Shown: positions 18,583 through 28,356, numbered from the stretch's first letter. The stretch is 53,715 nucleotides of DNA from Candidatus Bathyarchaeia archaeon (GCA_049512935.1 JBEKWR010000024.1:1-53715), one strand, 5' to 3'. Program-made: numbers and translations. Notes: generated by a model from the sequence alone, not told the origin.

Positions 18583-19413
18583 ATGCAGAAAACAAAACGA
18601 GTAAAAAGCCCACGGAAACAGCGAAAACGGTATTTTAATTCTCCCGCTCACATTAGGCACAAGCTTATGTCAGCTCCCCTATCCAAAGAGCTTGCTGCTT
18701 CAAGAGGCGTTAGGAGTCTTCCAGTAAGAAAAGGCGACACGGTTCGCATCATGCGCGGCGACAACAAGGGCTTCGAAGGAAAAGTTTCACGCGTCGCGAT
18801 GAATGAATATCGCATTTACATGGAAGGATTAACTCGAGAAAAAGTCGACGGAACAAACATTTTCCTTCCAATCCACCCGTCAAAAGTTCAGATAAGAAAC
18901 CTTAATCTGGAGGACAACTGGCGGAAAGACATTCTTGCACGCAAGAAGGCGATAGAAAAGCCAGAGATGGAAGAGAAGCCGAAGGCTGTGGCGGAAAAGA
19001 AAGCTGAAGAGGCTCCTGAGCAACCCCAGAAGAAGATTGAGGAAGTCGAAGAGGAAAAACCAGTCGAAGAAATAGCGACTGAAACTGCAAAAGAAGAAGC
19101 ACCAGCCACCGAAATGGCTCCTGAAGAAGTTGCCGTGGCACCAGAGAAAGCTCCAGCTCCAAGAAAAACAAGAGCCAAGAAGCCCGCCGCCAAAAAAGAA
19201 GCAACTCCAAAGAAAAAGGTGCCTGCAGAGAAAGAAGCCGCTCCGGTAGAAGAAGAAAAACCGCCAGCTAAAAAAACGGCAAAGCCCAAGACGACTGCGA
19301 AGAAAACAGCTAAGCCGAAAGAGGCACCTGCAAAAAAGGCGGCGACTAAGAAAACGGGGGCTAAACCGCGTGCCAAACGTAAAGCTTCTGAAGAAGCTGA
19401 AGGAGGACAATGA
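18583..19413 (+). CDS. rpl24: 50S ribosomal protein L24 (uL24) with a long low-complexity C-terminal extension
   Basis: PRKQRK, LPVRKGDTVRIMRG, PIHPSKV, then about 150 aa of E/K/A/P-rich tail. Confidence 0.95.
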   Translation: MQKTKRVKSPRKQRKRYFNSPAHIRHKLMSAPLSKELAASRGVRSLPVRKGDTVRIMRGDNKGFEGKVSRVAMNEYRIYMEGLTREKVDGTNIFLPIHPSKVQIRNLNLEDNWRKDILARKKAIEKPEMEEKPKAVAEKKAEEAPEQPQKKIEEVEEEKPVEEIATETAKEEAPATEMAPEEVAVAPEKAPAPRKTRAKKPAAKKEATPKKKVPAEKEAAPVEEEKPPAKKTAKPKTTAKKTAKPKEAPAKKAATKKTGAKPRAKRKASEEAEGGQ

Positions 19414-20180
19414 TTTTGGGTAAAAAAGGAAAAACGGCAAGATTGAAACGTAAGCCAGCTCCAAGATTCTGGCCGATTCACAGGAAAGAACTGCCTTGGA
19501 TACTGAAGCCCTCGTCGGGTTCACATTCACTTCAAGGTTGTTTACCTTTAACGCTTTGTCTACGGGACATTCTCGGCGTTGCGCAGACACGCAAAGAATC
19601 CAAAATGATCCTGTCGGAAGGCAAAGTACTGGTTGACGGAAAAATCCGGCGCAAAGACGATTTCCCAGTCGGTTTAATGGACGTCATATCACTGCCTGAC
19701 GCTGGCAAATACTATCGGGTAATGCCATCTCACAAAGGGCTCGTTTTGAACCCAATCAGCAAGGAAGAAGCAAACTTCAAGCTGCTCCGCGTCGAAGACA
19801 AACAAACCGTTAAAAACGGTGTACAAATCGCGTTGCACGACGGGTCAAACATGTTTATGAAAGTTGCGGACCCCAAGAAGCCCATCGAAGTCACCTACGA
19901 AACCTTTGACATTCTAAAGGTCACTTACCCCGACAAACAAGTTGCGTCCACCTTGAAAACCAAGGAAGGAAACTTGGCTGTGATTACTGGCGGAAAAAAC
20001 ATCGGCAAGCAAGGCAAGATAGTTGAGATTGAAAAGACCGAAGCCAAAAAAAGGCGGCAGGCGCTCGTGGTCGTCGAAGACTCAAAGGGTGCCCGTTACC
20101 AAACAATCTTGGACTTTGTCTTTTCCATAGGTGAAGCTGAACCCCTCATAGGCTTAGCGGAGGAAAACGCAGTTGTCTGA
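19410..20180 (+). CDS. rps4e: 30S ribosomal protein S4e
   Basis: LKRKPAPRFWPI, VLVDGKIR..DFPVGLMDV, ITGGKNIG. Confidence 0.96.
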   Translation: MILGKKGKTARLKRKPAPRFWPIHRKELPWILKPSSGSHSLQGCLPLTLCLRDILGVAQTRKESKMILSEGKVLVDGKIRRKDDFPVGLMDVISLPDAGKYYRVMPSHKGLVLNPISKEEANFKLLRVEDKQTVKNGVQIALHDGSNMFMKVADPKKPIEVTYETFDILKVTYPDKQVASTLKTKEGNLAVITGGKNIGKQGKIVEIEKTEAKKRRQALVVVEDSKGARYQTILDFVFSIGEAEPLIGLAEENAVV

Positions 20181-20715
20181 GGAAGAAGCATTAGTTAAGA
20201 ATTGGGAAGAGCATCCGATGCTTAAGCCACGAATCGAAAAAGTCGTGGTAAACCTTAACGTTGGCAAATCAGGCGAACCCCTCGAAAAAGCCAACAAAGT
20301 GCTAAAAGAAATTACGGGTCAGACTCCAGTCAAGAAAAAAGCCAAGAAAACCATCCGAGACTTCGGCATACGCGAAGGCGAATCAATCGCAGTCGTCGTT
20401 ACGTTGCGGAAACAGGCCGCAATTGATTTCCTAAAGAAAGTATTGCCTGTCGTTGACAACAAGGTTTCCAGGAGCGCCTTTGACGTGAGAGGCAACTTCG
20501 CCTTCGGTCTTAAAGAGCACATTGAAATTCCAGGCGTGAAATATGACCCTGAAATCGGAATCTTCGGCATGGACATCTGCGTGACGGTTAATCGCCCCGG
20601 TCAACGAATAAAGATTCGAAGAAGAGAAAACAGGTCTGTTGGCGCAAGGCACGTTTTGACTCCCGAGGAATCAATAGTTTTCGTCAGAAAAACGTTAGGA
20701 GTAGAAATCGTATAG
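20173..20715 (+). CDS. rpl5: 50S ribosomal protein L5 (uL5)
   Basis: [30 protein letters not shown]. Confidence 0.97.
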   Translation: MSEEEALVKNWEEHPMLKPRIEKVVVNLNVGKSGEPLEKANKVLKEITGQTPVKKKAKKTIRDFGIREGESIAVVVTLRKQAAIDFLKKVLPVVDNKVSRSAFDVRGNFAFGLKEHIEIPGVKYDPEIGIFGMDICVTVNRPGQRIKIRRRENRSVGARHVLTPEESIVFVRKTLGVEIV

Positions 20716-20732
20716 GGCAGAAGGATGAATGT

Positions 20733-20897
20733 ATGGGAAAACAGCAAGTTAAAAAAGTGCGAAAATACGGAAAAGGTTCAAGACCCTGCGTCAGATGCGG
20801 CTCATACGGACCGGTCATCAGGCGGTACAATTTATATTTATGTAGGCACTGTTTCAGAGAGGCAGCCCCGAAACTTGGCTTCAAAAAATACGAGTAG
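20733..20897 (+). CDS. rps14: 30S ribosomal protein S14 type Z (not in ORF track, 54 aa)
   Basis: [54 protein letters not shown]; lies between L5 and S8. Confidence 0.97.
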   Translation: MGKQQVKKVRKYGKGSRPCVRCGSYGPVIRRYNLYLCRHCFREAAPKLGFKKYE

Positions 20898-20909
20898 GAG
20901 CAGAAAAGC

Positions 20910-21293
20910 ATGGACACTTTAACTAATGGTTTGATAACCATCATAAACAACGAAATGCGGAACAAACGTGAATGCATAATCAGCCCTGCTTCTAAACTGC
21001 TGGGGCGGGTTCTTCGCATAATGCAGCTGAACGGGTACATAGGCGAGTTTGAGTTCATCGACGATGGGCGCTCGGGAAAATTCAAAGTTCAACTTCTTGG
21101 CAGAATAAACAAGTGCGGACCAATCAAGCCGAGATACCCAGCCAAAGTCGGCGAGTTCGAAGATTGGGAAAAGAAGTTCCTGCCATCCAGGGACGTGGGC
21201 ATAATGATTGTTTCCACTTCCAAAGGCGTAATAGCCCATAAAGATGCTGAAGAAAAGAATCTTGGAGGAAGGCTGCTGGCCTTCGTGTATTGA
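20910..21293 (+). CDS. rps8: 30S ribosomal protein S8 (uS8)
   Basis: [37 protein letters not shown]. Confidence 0.97.
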   Translation: MDTLTNGLITIINNEMRNKRECIISPASKLLGRVLRIMQLNGYIGEFEFIDDGRSGKFKVQLLGRINKCGPIKPRYPAKVGEFEDWEKKFLPSRDVGIMIVSTSKGVIAHKDAEEKNLGGRLLAFVY

Positions 21294-21305
21294 GAGGTGT
21301 AATTT

Positions 21306-21851
21306 ATGCGGCTTCCAGAAATATCCAAAACAATCCAAGTTCCAGACAACGTGGACGTCAGCATGGAAGGCAAGAAGATAAGCTTCAAGGGCGCTAAAGG
21401 ATCTTTAACACGCGACTTCTCCTTCGCTCCAATAGCAATAGAAGGCGAAGGCAAGAACATCCGTATTTGGGCAAAGTGGCCACGCAAGAAGGAAGCTGCT
21501 CTTGTAGGAACAATATACTCGCACATTCAAAACATGATAACTGGGGTAACAAAAGGCTACCAATACAAGCTGAAAATCGTATTCTCCCACTTTCCAATCA
21601 CAGTGAAAGTTCAAGGCAAAGAAGTTCTCATAGAAAACTTCACTGGCGAACGAAGAGAACGCAGAGTAAAAACTTTAGGCGACGTCAAAATCAAAATTGA
21701 ACCTGATGACATAATTGTTGAAGGCATCAACTTGGAAGACGTAAGCCAAACCGCAGCCAACATAGAGCAAGCCACCAGAGTAAGGCGAAAAGACCCGAGA
21801 GTTTTCCTCGACGGCATATACGTTTACGAAAGAAACGAGGGAGTAGCCTAA
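21306..21851 (+). CDS. rpl6: 50S ribosomal protein L6 (uL6)
   Basis: HIQNMITGVT, SHFPI, DPRVFLDGIYV. Confidence 0.97.
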   Translation: MRLPEISKTIQVPDNVDVSMEGKKISFKGAKGSLTRDFSFAPIAIEGEGKNIRIWAKWPRKKEAALVGTIYSHIQNMITGVTKGYQYKLKIVFSHFPITVKVQGKEVLIENFTGERRERRVKTLGDVKIKIEPDDIIVEGINLEDVSQTAANIEQATRVRRKDPRVFLDGIYVYERNEGVA

Positions 21852-22516
21852 TGGCAACTGAAAAAACCGAAAAGAAACCTAAACCTTCACGAGAAGCTCT
21901 TAGACTTAGGGCACGCACAAGAAACAAGAAACCCGCCTTCGTGAGGGCTGAAAGCTGGAAATACGACAGATTCAGTTTAAGCTGGCGAAGACCCCGAGGA
22001 TTAGACAACAAAATCCGGCGAAAAATCAAGGGTTGGCCGCCAGGCTGCAGCACTGGCTACAAGGGACCAAAAATCGCCAGAGGTCTGCATCCTTCAGGCT
22101 ACAGGGAAGTCCTAGTTTACAACGTAGCCGACTTATCCACTGTTGACCCTAACACTCAAGCAGTACGTATCGCGCACAGAGTAGGCAGAAGAAACCGCGC
22201 CTTGATCATTACAGAAGCCAAGAAACTTAACCTTAAAATATTAAACGTTAAAGTTTCAGCGGAACCCGAAAAGAAAGAGGGCGAAGAAGAAACCAAAGCT
22301 GAAGACGCAGAAAAAATCGAAGAGGAATTCGATAAGGAAGTAGCCCCTGAGAACGAAGAGGAAGCAAAAGAAGCGGAAACGAAAGCAGAAGAAGAACCAG
22401 AAGCAGCCGCAGAAGAAGAAGTAGAGGAAAAGCCGAAGAAAGGCAAGAAACCCAAAAAATCCACGTCTGAACAAGACACGGAAGAAGATGAAGAAGAAGG
22501 AGAAGAAAAACAATGA
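21851..22516 (+). CDS. rpl32e: 50S ribosomal protein L32e with an acidic C-terminal extension
   Basis: WRRPRGLDNK, RGLHPSG. Confidence 0.96.
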   Translation: MATEKTEKKPKPSREALRLRARTRNKKPAFVRAESWKYDRFSLSWRRPRGLDNKIRRKIKGWPPGCSTGYKGPKIARGLHPSGYREVLVYNVADLSTVDPNTQAVRIAHRVGRRNRALIITEAKKLNLKILNVKVSAEPEKKEGEEETKAEDAEKIEEEFDKEVAPENEEEAKEAETKAEEEPEAAAEEEVEEKPKKGKKPKKSTSEQDTEEDEEEGEEKQ

Positions 22517-22968
22517 CCGACTTAAGCAGCCAGAGACGATTAGCAGCTCAAATCTTAAAGGTTGGGCAAAACCGCGTTTGGATTAACCCTGAATTTATGG
22601 ATGATGTTGAAGGCGCAATCACACGGGAAGAAGTCAGAAAACTGATTCATGAAAAAGTCATAATTTCCGCGCCTCAGAAAGGCGTAAGCAGATCTCGGGC
22701 AAAAACTATCCGAGGCAAAAAAGCCAAAGGCAGACGCAGCGGCCCCGGCAGCATAACCGGTGCTGGTTACGCAAAAGTAACTCAGAAAGAGGCTTGGATG
22801 ATAAGAATTAGGTCTCTGAGACGTAAGCTTCGCGAGCTGAAGGCAAGTAGAACCATAACGGAAGACACGTACAGCCAATACTACAGGATGGCTGGCAGTG
22901 GCAGATTCCAATCAATAGCTGAATTGGAACGCAACCTGAAAGCTAACGATTTATGGAGGAAACGTTAA
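22513..22968 (+). CDS. rpl19e: 50S ribosomal protein L19e
   Basis: QRRLAAQILKVG.NRVWI, GRRSGPGS. Confidence 0.97.
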   Translation: MTDLSSQRRLAAQILKVGQNRVWINPEFMDDVEGAITREEVRKLIHEKVIISAPQKGVSRSRAKTIRGKKAKGRRSGPGSITGAGYAKVTQKEAWMIRIRSLRRKLRELKASRTITEDTYSQYYRMAGSGRFQSIAELERNLKANDLWRKR

Positions 22969-22969
22969 G

Positions 22970-23692
22970 TTGGCAACAAGTGGTCATTATAGGGTAAAAT
23001 TAAGGCGCAGACGGGAAGGAAAAACTGATTACCAAGCGCGTAAGGCTCTGGTTATTTCTGGAAGGCCTCGGCTTGTCACACGCGCTTCACTGAAAAACAT
23101 TACAGTGCAAATAGCCATCGCTAAACCCCACGGAGACGAGGTGTTAGCCGCAGCTAACAGCCGTGAATTAGCCAAAACCTACGGGTGGAAAGCTCCAACT
23201 GGCAACATTTCATCAGCGTACCTTACAGGTTATCTTTGCGGTCTGAAGGCGAAAGCTGAAGGGATAAAAGAAGCCATTTTAGACATCGGCTTGACCGCTC
23301 CCACTAAAGGCGCCAAAGTTTTCGCCGCATTAAGCGGAGTTGTGGATGCCGGCGTGGAGGTTCCTCACAGTGAAGAGAAAATCGTGAAGGAACGCATGAA
23401 GGGCGAACACATAGCAAAATACGCTAAAAGCTTAGGCGTGGGGTCGGAAGAGTACAACGCAAAATTCTCAAAGTACATCGCGCAGGGTGTCGCGCCTGAA
23501 AAACTGCCAGAGCACTTCACAAAAGTTAAAGGCGAAATCACCGCCGCCTTCAAAGGTGGCAAGCCTGCGGCTGAAGCTGCACCTAAAGAGGCACCCAAAG
23601 AGAAAGCGGCTAAAGCGCCAAAAGGAAAAGCTCCAAAAGCACCCAAAGCCCCGAAAGAAAAGGCAAGTAAGAAAGGTGGAAAGAAAGCATGA
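22970..23692 (+). CDS. rpl18: 50S ribosomal protein L18 (uL18)
   Basis: RRRREGKTDY, AYLTG, AILDIG; Lys/Ala/Pro tail. Confidence 0.97.
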   Translation: MATSGHYRVKLRRRREGKTDYQARKALVISGRPRLVTRASLKNITVQIAIAKPHGDEVLAAANSRELAKTYGWKAPTGNISSAYLTGYLCGLKAKAEGIKEAILDIGLTAPTKGAKVFAALSGVVDAGVEVPHSEEKIVKERMKGEHIAKYAKSLGVGSEEYNAKFSKYIAQGVAPEKLPEHFTKVKGEITAAFKGGKPAAEAAPKEAPKEKAAKAPKGKAPKAPKAPKEKASKKGGKKA

Positions 23693-24342
23693 GTCGTCAA
23701 ACGCAAAGACCAAGACAACGTGAAACTAACCTGGAAACATGGGTACCGAAAACCCGTTTGGGCAAAATGATCCAGGAAGGCAAAATAACAACGATAGAAG
23801 ACGTCTTCCTAAGCGGGATAAAAATTTCAGAGCCCCAAATCGTTGACTCCCTTATTCCCGACCTGCAGGAAGAAGTCATAAACGTCAACCTCGTACAGAA
23901 ACAAACCGACGCCGGCGAAAAATCACGTTTCAAAGCCATAGTCGCCGTTGGAAACAGAGACGGCTACATCGGCTTAGGCTCGGGAAAAGCCAGTCAAGTG
24001 CGAAACGCCATCGAAAAAGCAGCCGCGAACGCCCGCCTAAACATTATCCCGGTAAAACGTGGATGCGGAAGTTGGGAATGCGGATGCGGCAAACCCCATT
24101 CGGTTCCGTTCCAAGTTGAAGGAAAATGCGGCGGCGTCCGAGTGGTCATTGTTCCCGGACCCAGAGGTTTGGGCTTGGTTTCAAGTGAAGTGGCCAAAGT
24201 CATCTTTGGCTTAGCAGGAGTCAAAGACCTTTGGATGAGAAGTTTCGGGTCAACAAGAACCGTGCCGTCCTACGCGGGCGCAATCTTCGACGGACTAAAG
24301 AAAACATACTACCTGATTACTCAAGTGGACTGGGTGAGATAA
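23689..24342 (+). CDS. rps5: 30S ribosomal protein S5 (uS5)
   Basis: WVPKTRLG, RGCGSWECGC..PHS, PGPRGLGL. Confidence 0.97.
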   Translation: MSRQTQRPRQRETNLETWVPKTRLGKMIQEGKITTIEDVFLSGIKISEPQIVDSLIPDLQEEVINVNLVQKQTDAGEKSRFKAIVAVGNRDGYIGLGSGKASQVRNAIEKAAANARLNIIPVKRGCGSWECGCGKPHSVPFQVEGKCGGVRVVIVPGPRGLGLVSSEVAKVIFGLAGVKDLWMRSFGSTRTVPSYAGAIFDGLKKTYYLITQVDWVR

Positions 24343-24343
24343 A

Positions 24344-24832
24344 ATGGCGCAGAAAACTGAACAATGCAAATGCCTCGTAGTGGTTAAGGTTCGGGGAACC
24401 GTAAGCGCTCAGCGAGAAACAAGGGAAACCCTTGAATTGCTGCATTTAACGCACACTAACCATGCAGTGCTCATCGACAGCCGACCAGCATACCATGGAA
24501 TGCTGCAACGCGTAAACAACTACGTAACTTACGGCGAACCCACAAAAGAAACCGTGTCTATGATGCTTCAGAAGCGCGCCAGATTGGCAGGCGGCAAAAA
24601 ACTCACCGACGAGTATATACAGAAAGCAGGCTACAAAAACGTTGACGACCTAGCAGAAGCTATAGTAAACTGCAAAGTCGCATTCCAAAAGCTGCCCGAC
24701 GTTCAGCCGCTGTTCAAGCTGCATCCGCCAAGCAAAGGCTACAAGGGCAAAACCAAGAAGGGCTTCAACGCAGGCGGCGAAGCAGGCTACCGCGGAGAAG
24801 CAATAAACGACCTAGTAAAACGCATGATTTAA
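24344..24832 (+). CDS. rpl30: 50S ribosomal protein L30 (uL30)
   Basis: FKLHPPSKG, GEAGYRG..INDL..RM. Confidence 0.96.
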   Translation: MAQKTEQCKCLVVVKVRGTVSAQRETRETLELLHLTHTNHAVLIDSRPAYHGMLQRVNNYVTYGEPTKETVSMMLQKRARLAGGKKLTDEYIQKAGYKNVDDLAEAIVNCKVAFQKLPDVQPLFKLHPPSKGYKGKTKKGFNAGGEAGYRGEAINDLVKRMI

Positions 24833-24850
24833 CGTGTGCTAAAGTTTGCG

Positions 24851-24870
24851 CTTTTTCTTAGTTTTATTTA
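24851..24870 (+). terminator. Oligo-T terminator candidate after rpl30
   Basis: CTTTTTCTTAGTTTTATTTA directly downstream of the stop codon. Confidence 0.4.
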
Positions 24871-25220
24871 TCTCTCAGGGCTGTCCATTCAAGGTCTGTT
24901 TTAGCATCTCCAGCTTCGCACTCGTTTTTTCGTGACCGCCTCACAGTTGGTGGATTTACCCACTCGCAAACAACGATCCGAAAAGTCGCAAATTAAAAAA
25001 TCTGGCAAAAGGCAATCAAAAAACCCCCAAAAACCCAAGAATCCATCACAAAAGCCTCAAAAAACGAAAACTCACCCAAAACGAAACCGAGAATTTCCAC
25101 GCAATCGCCATTTTCATAGGTAAACTGCTTCAGGCAAACTGCTTGTTTATTCAGCTTTTATGTGCGATACGTTTTATAATACCTCTGAAGAAATCCGTTA
25201 GGTATTGGAGGGGGAAAGAC

Positions 25221-25679
25221 CTGAGCGCAAAATGGCGAAGAAGCGTAAAAAACCGCAAATGGCTAGACTTCAACGACCAAACAACAAAAACCAACAAGAC
25301 AAGAATGATCCAACCCGAACACGCATACCGCCTAAAATCAATGTCTGCCCCCCAAAGTTTTCGACCAAGCAAAAACTTCATCGAACACAAAATCCAAGAA
25401 CCCAAACCGTTAATCGACATATTCCAAGAAAACAACTTCATAACCGTAGTCGCGGAAATCACAGGGTTTAATAGGGATACCCTCAAAATTCATGTGAAAG
25501 ACCAAAAAATCACGCTCTCGGCAAAAAACAAAGACCGCAGATACTATAAAAGTTTAAATCTGCCGAAGTTAGTGATTCCAGACATCATGTACACCAAATA
25601 CAAGAACGGTGTACTCGAAATAAAACTAAAAAAAGCAGAAACACCAATCAACAAAGAAGCTGACCAAAATGCCGCATAA
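25221..25679 (+). CDS. Second, divergent Hsp20/alpha-crystallin family protein (probable CTG start)
   Basis: EPKPLIDIFQE...VVAEITG...YYKSLNLP...YKNGVLEIKLKK; GGAGGGGG SD precedes in-frame CTG 25221. Confidence 0.8.
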   Translation: MSAKWRRSVKNRKWLDFNDQTTKTNKTRMIQPEHAYRLKSMSAPQSFRPSKNFIEHKIQEPKPLIDIFQENNFITVVAEITGFNRDTLKIHVKDQKITLSAKNKDRRYYKSLNLPKLVIPDIMYTKYKNGVLEIKLKKAETPINKEADQNAA

Positions 25680-26094
25680 ACTAAGAAAAATACGCAAATT
25701 CAGAGGCTCAAGAACAGTAGGCTACGGAAGAATAGGCCAGCACCGAGACGCAGGCTCAAAAGGGCACAGAAAAGTCGGGCGACACAAACACTTGTGGAGC
25801 TACGTCGTAACCCATGAACCTGACTACTTCGGCAAAAGCGGCTTCACCTCGCCCAAAAGCCTCCATACACGCGTGAACCCGATCAACCTCAAGAAACTTC
25901 AAGAACTACCGCAAGTAAGCCAGCAGGAAAAACCACAAATTGACCTGGCAGCGTTAGGCTACACGAAACTCTTAGGATCAGGAAAAATCACAAAAGCCAT
26001 AACCGTACAAGTGCCGTCTTACTCGAAGTCAGCGGCTGAAAAAATCAAAAAAGCAGGCGGAGAAATCGTAGGCTCCCCAGTTAACGGAGAGTAA
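25669..26094 (+). CDS. rpl15: 50S ribosomal protein L15 (uL15)
   Basis: RKFRGSRT.GYG..GQHR, FGKSGF, KLLGSG, SAAEKIKKAGG. Confidence 0.97.
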   Translation: MPHKLRKIRKFRGSRTVGYGRIGQHRDAGSKGHRKVGRHKHLWSYVVTHEPDYFGKSGFTSPKSLHTRVNPINLKKLQELPQVSQQEKPQIDLAALGYTKLLGSGKITKAITVQVPSYSKSAAEKIKKAGGEIVGSPVNGE

Positions 26095-26103
26095 AGCTGC
26101 TAA

Positions 26104-27531
26104 ATGCCTGGAAGATTTCTCGGTCTCTTCAAGCCAATCGGAAGGGTTCTGCCTGAAATCAAGAAGCCTGAACGAAAGGTAAGTTTTAACGAGAAGATCT
26201 TCTGGACAGGGCTCGTGCTTGTCATTTTCCTTGTGATGTCTCAGATTCCGCTCTACGGGATTTCGTCGTCTGTCTCAAGTTCGTTTAGTCAACTGAGAGT
26301 TATTTTTGCCTCTAACAATGGAACGCTTATGCAACTGGGAATCGGACCCATCGTCACGGCTGGCTTGATTCTGCAGTTGCTCGCTGGTTCATCAATCATC
26401 CAATGCGACATGTCAAACCCTGAGGACAGGGGGCTGTTCACGTCCGCAAGCAAAGTCTTCAGCATCGTTTTAACAGGCATCCAAGCCGCAGCCTACATCA
26501 TAAGCGGCATGTTCGGCTCAATCCCTGGTTCCACATCGTTGATCATTTTCTTCCAGCTTCTAGCCGCAGGATTAATGGTCATGCTCATGGATGAACTCAT
26601 CCAAAAAGGCTGGGGCTTAGGCAGCGGAATCAGCCTCTTCATCATGGCAGGCGTAGCCCAGTCAGTAGTCTGGGACATGTTTTCTCCCGCAACCGGCTTG
26701 TTCGTCGGCGCACTCTCAGCCTACTTGAGTCACGGCATCACGTTGGTGCAGTGGGTGCTCGGCGAGGTTTCAGGTGTTTATCCGTCTTTACTGGGATTCT
26801 TTGCCACCGTAACGGCGTTCCTGGTAGTTATTTATCTGAACGGTGTACGAATTGAGCTTCCGATGAGTTACGCAGGGTACAAAGGCTTCAGAAGCAGGTA
26901 CCCCATTAAACTGCTGTACGTTTCTAACCTTCCAGTAATATTTGCTTCTGCCCTGTTTGCAAACGTTTACTTCTTCTCGCAACTGCTTTGGAGCCAGATG
27001 GGTAGCCCTCCACCTTCTGCGCACAGTCTCTTATTTACGATAATAGGCCAGTTTAACGTTACAAGAACCAGCAGCGGCACGACAAACGTTTCACCCGTAG
27101 GCGGCCTTGCCTACTTCGTCACCGCGCCAGCGAACATTCAGCAGGTTGCTCTTGACCCGCTAAGGGCAGCTGCCTACATGGGCATCCTTGTGGGTTTCTG
27201 CGCTGTTTTCTCGCTGATTTGGCTTGAAGTGGGCGGTTTGGGTCCGTCAAAAGTTGCGCAGCAGCTTATGGATAGCGGCATGCAGATTCCTGGGTACCGC
27301 AGGTCTGGAAGACCCATTGAAGCAGTCCTTAAACGTTACATTCCTGTCGTCACGGTTCTCGGAGGCATAATCGTTGGCCTCGTAGCGGCAAGTGCAGATT
27401 TCTTCGGCACTTTCGGCACGGGCACAGGCATACTGCTGTCCGTGGGCATCATCTACCAGTACTACGAGCTGCTGATGCAGGAACGCGCCGCTGAAATGTA
27501 CCCGGCCTTCCGAAGAATCCTGGGCGAATAG
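26104..27531 (+). CDS. secY: Preprotein translocase subunit SecY
   Basis: LGIGPIVTAG, WGLGSGISLFI, YPIKLLYVSNLPVI, GTGTGILL. Confidence 0.98.
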   Translation: MPGRFLGLFKPIGRVLPEIKKPERKVSFNEKIFWTGLVLVIFLVMSQIPLYGISSSVSSSFSQLRVIFASNNGTLMQLGIGPIVTAGLILQLLAGSSIIQCDMSNPEDRGLFTSASKVFSIVLTGIQAAAYIISGMFGSIPGSTSLIIFFQLLAAGLMVMLMDELIQKGWGLGSGISLFIMAGVAQSVVWDMFSPATGLFVGALSAYLSHGITLVQWVLGEVSGVYPSLLGFFATVTAFLVVIYLNGVRIELPMSYAGYKGFRSRYPIKLLYVSNLPVIFASALFANVYFFSQLLWSQMGSPPPSAHSLLFTIIGQFNVTRTSSGTTNVSPVGGLAYFVTAPANIQQVALDPLRAAAYMGILVGFCAVFSLIWLEVGGLGPSKVAQQLMDSGMQIPGYRRSGRPIEAVLKRYIPVVTVLGGIIVGLVAASADFFGTFGTGTGILLSVGIIYQYYELLMQERAAEMYPAFRRILGE

Positions 27532-27644
27532 CATAAACGTCCCTGACTTGGGGCGCTTGCTCCTTTTTCTGCCTTTTTTAAAAGTCATGGAATAGGCTCT
27601 CTGTGGCATGAAAATGTTTGCCAAGGTTGAAGCTTGGTTTCGGT

Positions 27645-28055
27645 TTAGGCGATTTTCCAGCCTTTCTTGCCGAGGATTTCCTGTACCGCTGGGAGTTCCT
27701 GGGCGAATTTGGTGTGTCGGCAGTTGCTGGATTGGCAGTAGTCGCAAAAGACGCTGTCGGGTTTGAAGTACACGTCTATTATTCTGCCGCCTGATGTTTT
27801 GGTGGCTAGGGTTCGGTCTAGGATTCTGACGCCTTCCTCGTCCACGTTGAAGTGCTCCAGCGGCGGCAGCTTGGGCATCGGCTGTGCGGTTTGTAGGTCT
27901 TCGAAGCGTTTGCGTATGGCTTCTTTTATGAATTCTGATCGGCTTTTGTAGCCTCTTATTCCGCGTTTGATGATTTGGTCTATTTCGTCTATGAGTTCTT
28001 TTGGGAGCCTTACGGTTGTGTAATCGTCCTGTGTGTTTTCTTCGTTTTCTGGCAT
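27645..28055 (-). CDS. Ribbon-helix-helix regulator with a C-terminal Zn-finger-like domain
   Basis: YTTVRLPKELIDEID...YKSRSEFIKEAIR, then FCDYCQSSNCRH. Confidence 0.85.
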   Translation of the reverse strand: MPENEENTQDDYTTVRLPKELIDEIDQIIKRGIRGYKSRSEFIKEAIRKRFEDLQTAQPMPKLPPLEHFNVDEEGVRILDRTLATKTSGGRIIDVYFKPDSVFCDYCQSSNCRHTKFAQELPAVQEILGKKGWKIA

Positions 28056-28179
28056 GTTACATTCATGATTCAGTGGTGACAACGTGAATTTAAGCGTATT
28101 GGTGTTTAAGGCGGTTGCTTGTTCGGTGGCGTTTGAGCGTTTGGTTTCGATAATGCCTAAATATTGCTTTTGGTATGGA

Positions 28180-28197
28180 TGTATCAACAGTGATACA
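28180..28197. promoter_or_regulatory. Palindromic operator candidate TGTATCA-N4-TGATACA
   Basis: Perfect 7-bp inverted repeat between a TATA-like CCTAAATA and the ATG of the rightward RHH gene. Confidence 0.6.
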
Positions 28198-28200
28198 GCA

Positions 28201-28356
28201 ATGACAGAATACACCACCGTCAGGCTTCCCAAAGGCCTCATAAAACAGGTCGATGACGTCGTCAAAGACAACGATTGGGGCTACACCTCGCGGGCGGAAC
28301 TCGTCAAGGAAGCCGTACGCTTCTACCTGGAAACAAAGAGGCAACCCAAAGCCTAG
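28201..28356 (+). CDS. Small ribbon-helix-helix (CopG-like) regulator, 51 aa
   Basis: MTEYTTVRLPKGLIKQVD...YTSRAELVKEAVR. Confidence 0.85.
   Translation: MTEYTTVRLPKGLIKQVDDVVKDNDWGYTSRAELVKEAVRFYLETKRQPKA

Noticed and set aside
20725-20922. ORF-track 65-aa protein MNVWENSK...
   Set aside because: Wrong frame; the real gene is rps14 at 20733-20897.
24932-25123. 63-aa K/Q/P-rich ORF between rpl30 and the Hsp20-like gene
   Set aside because: Product of A-rich low-complexity intergenic sequence; no SD or recognisable motif.
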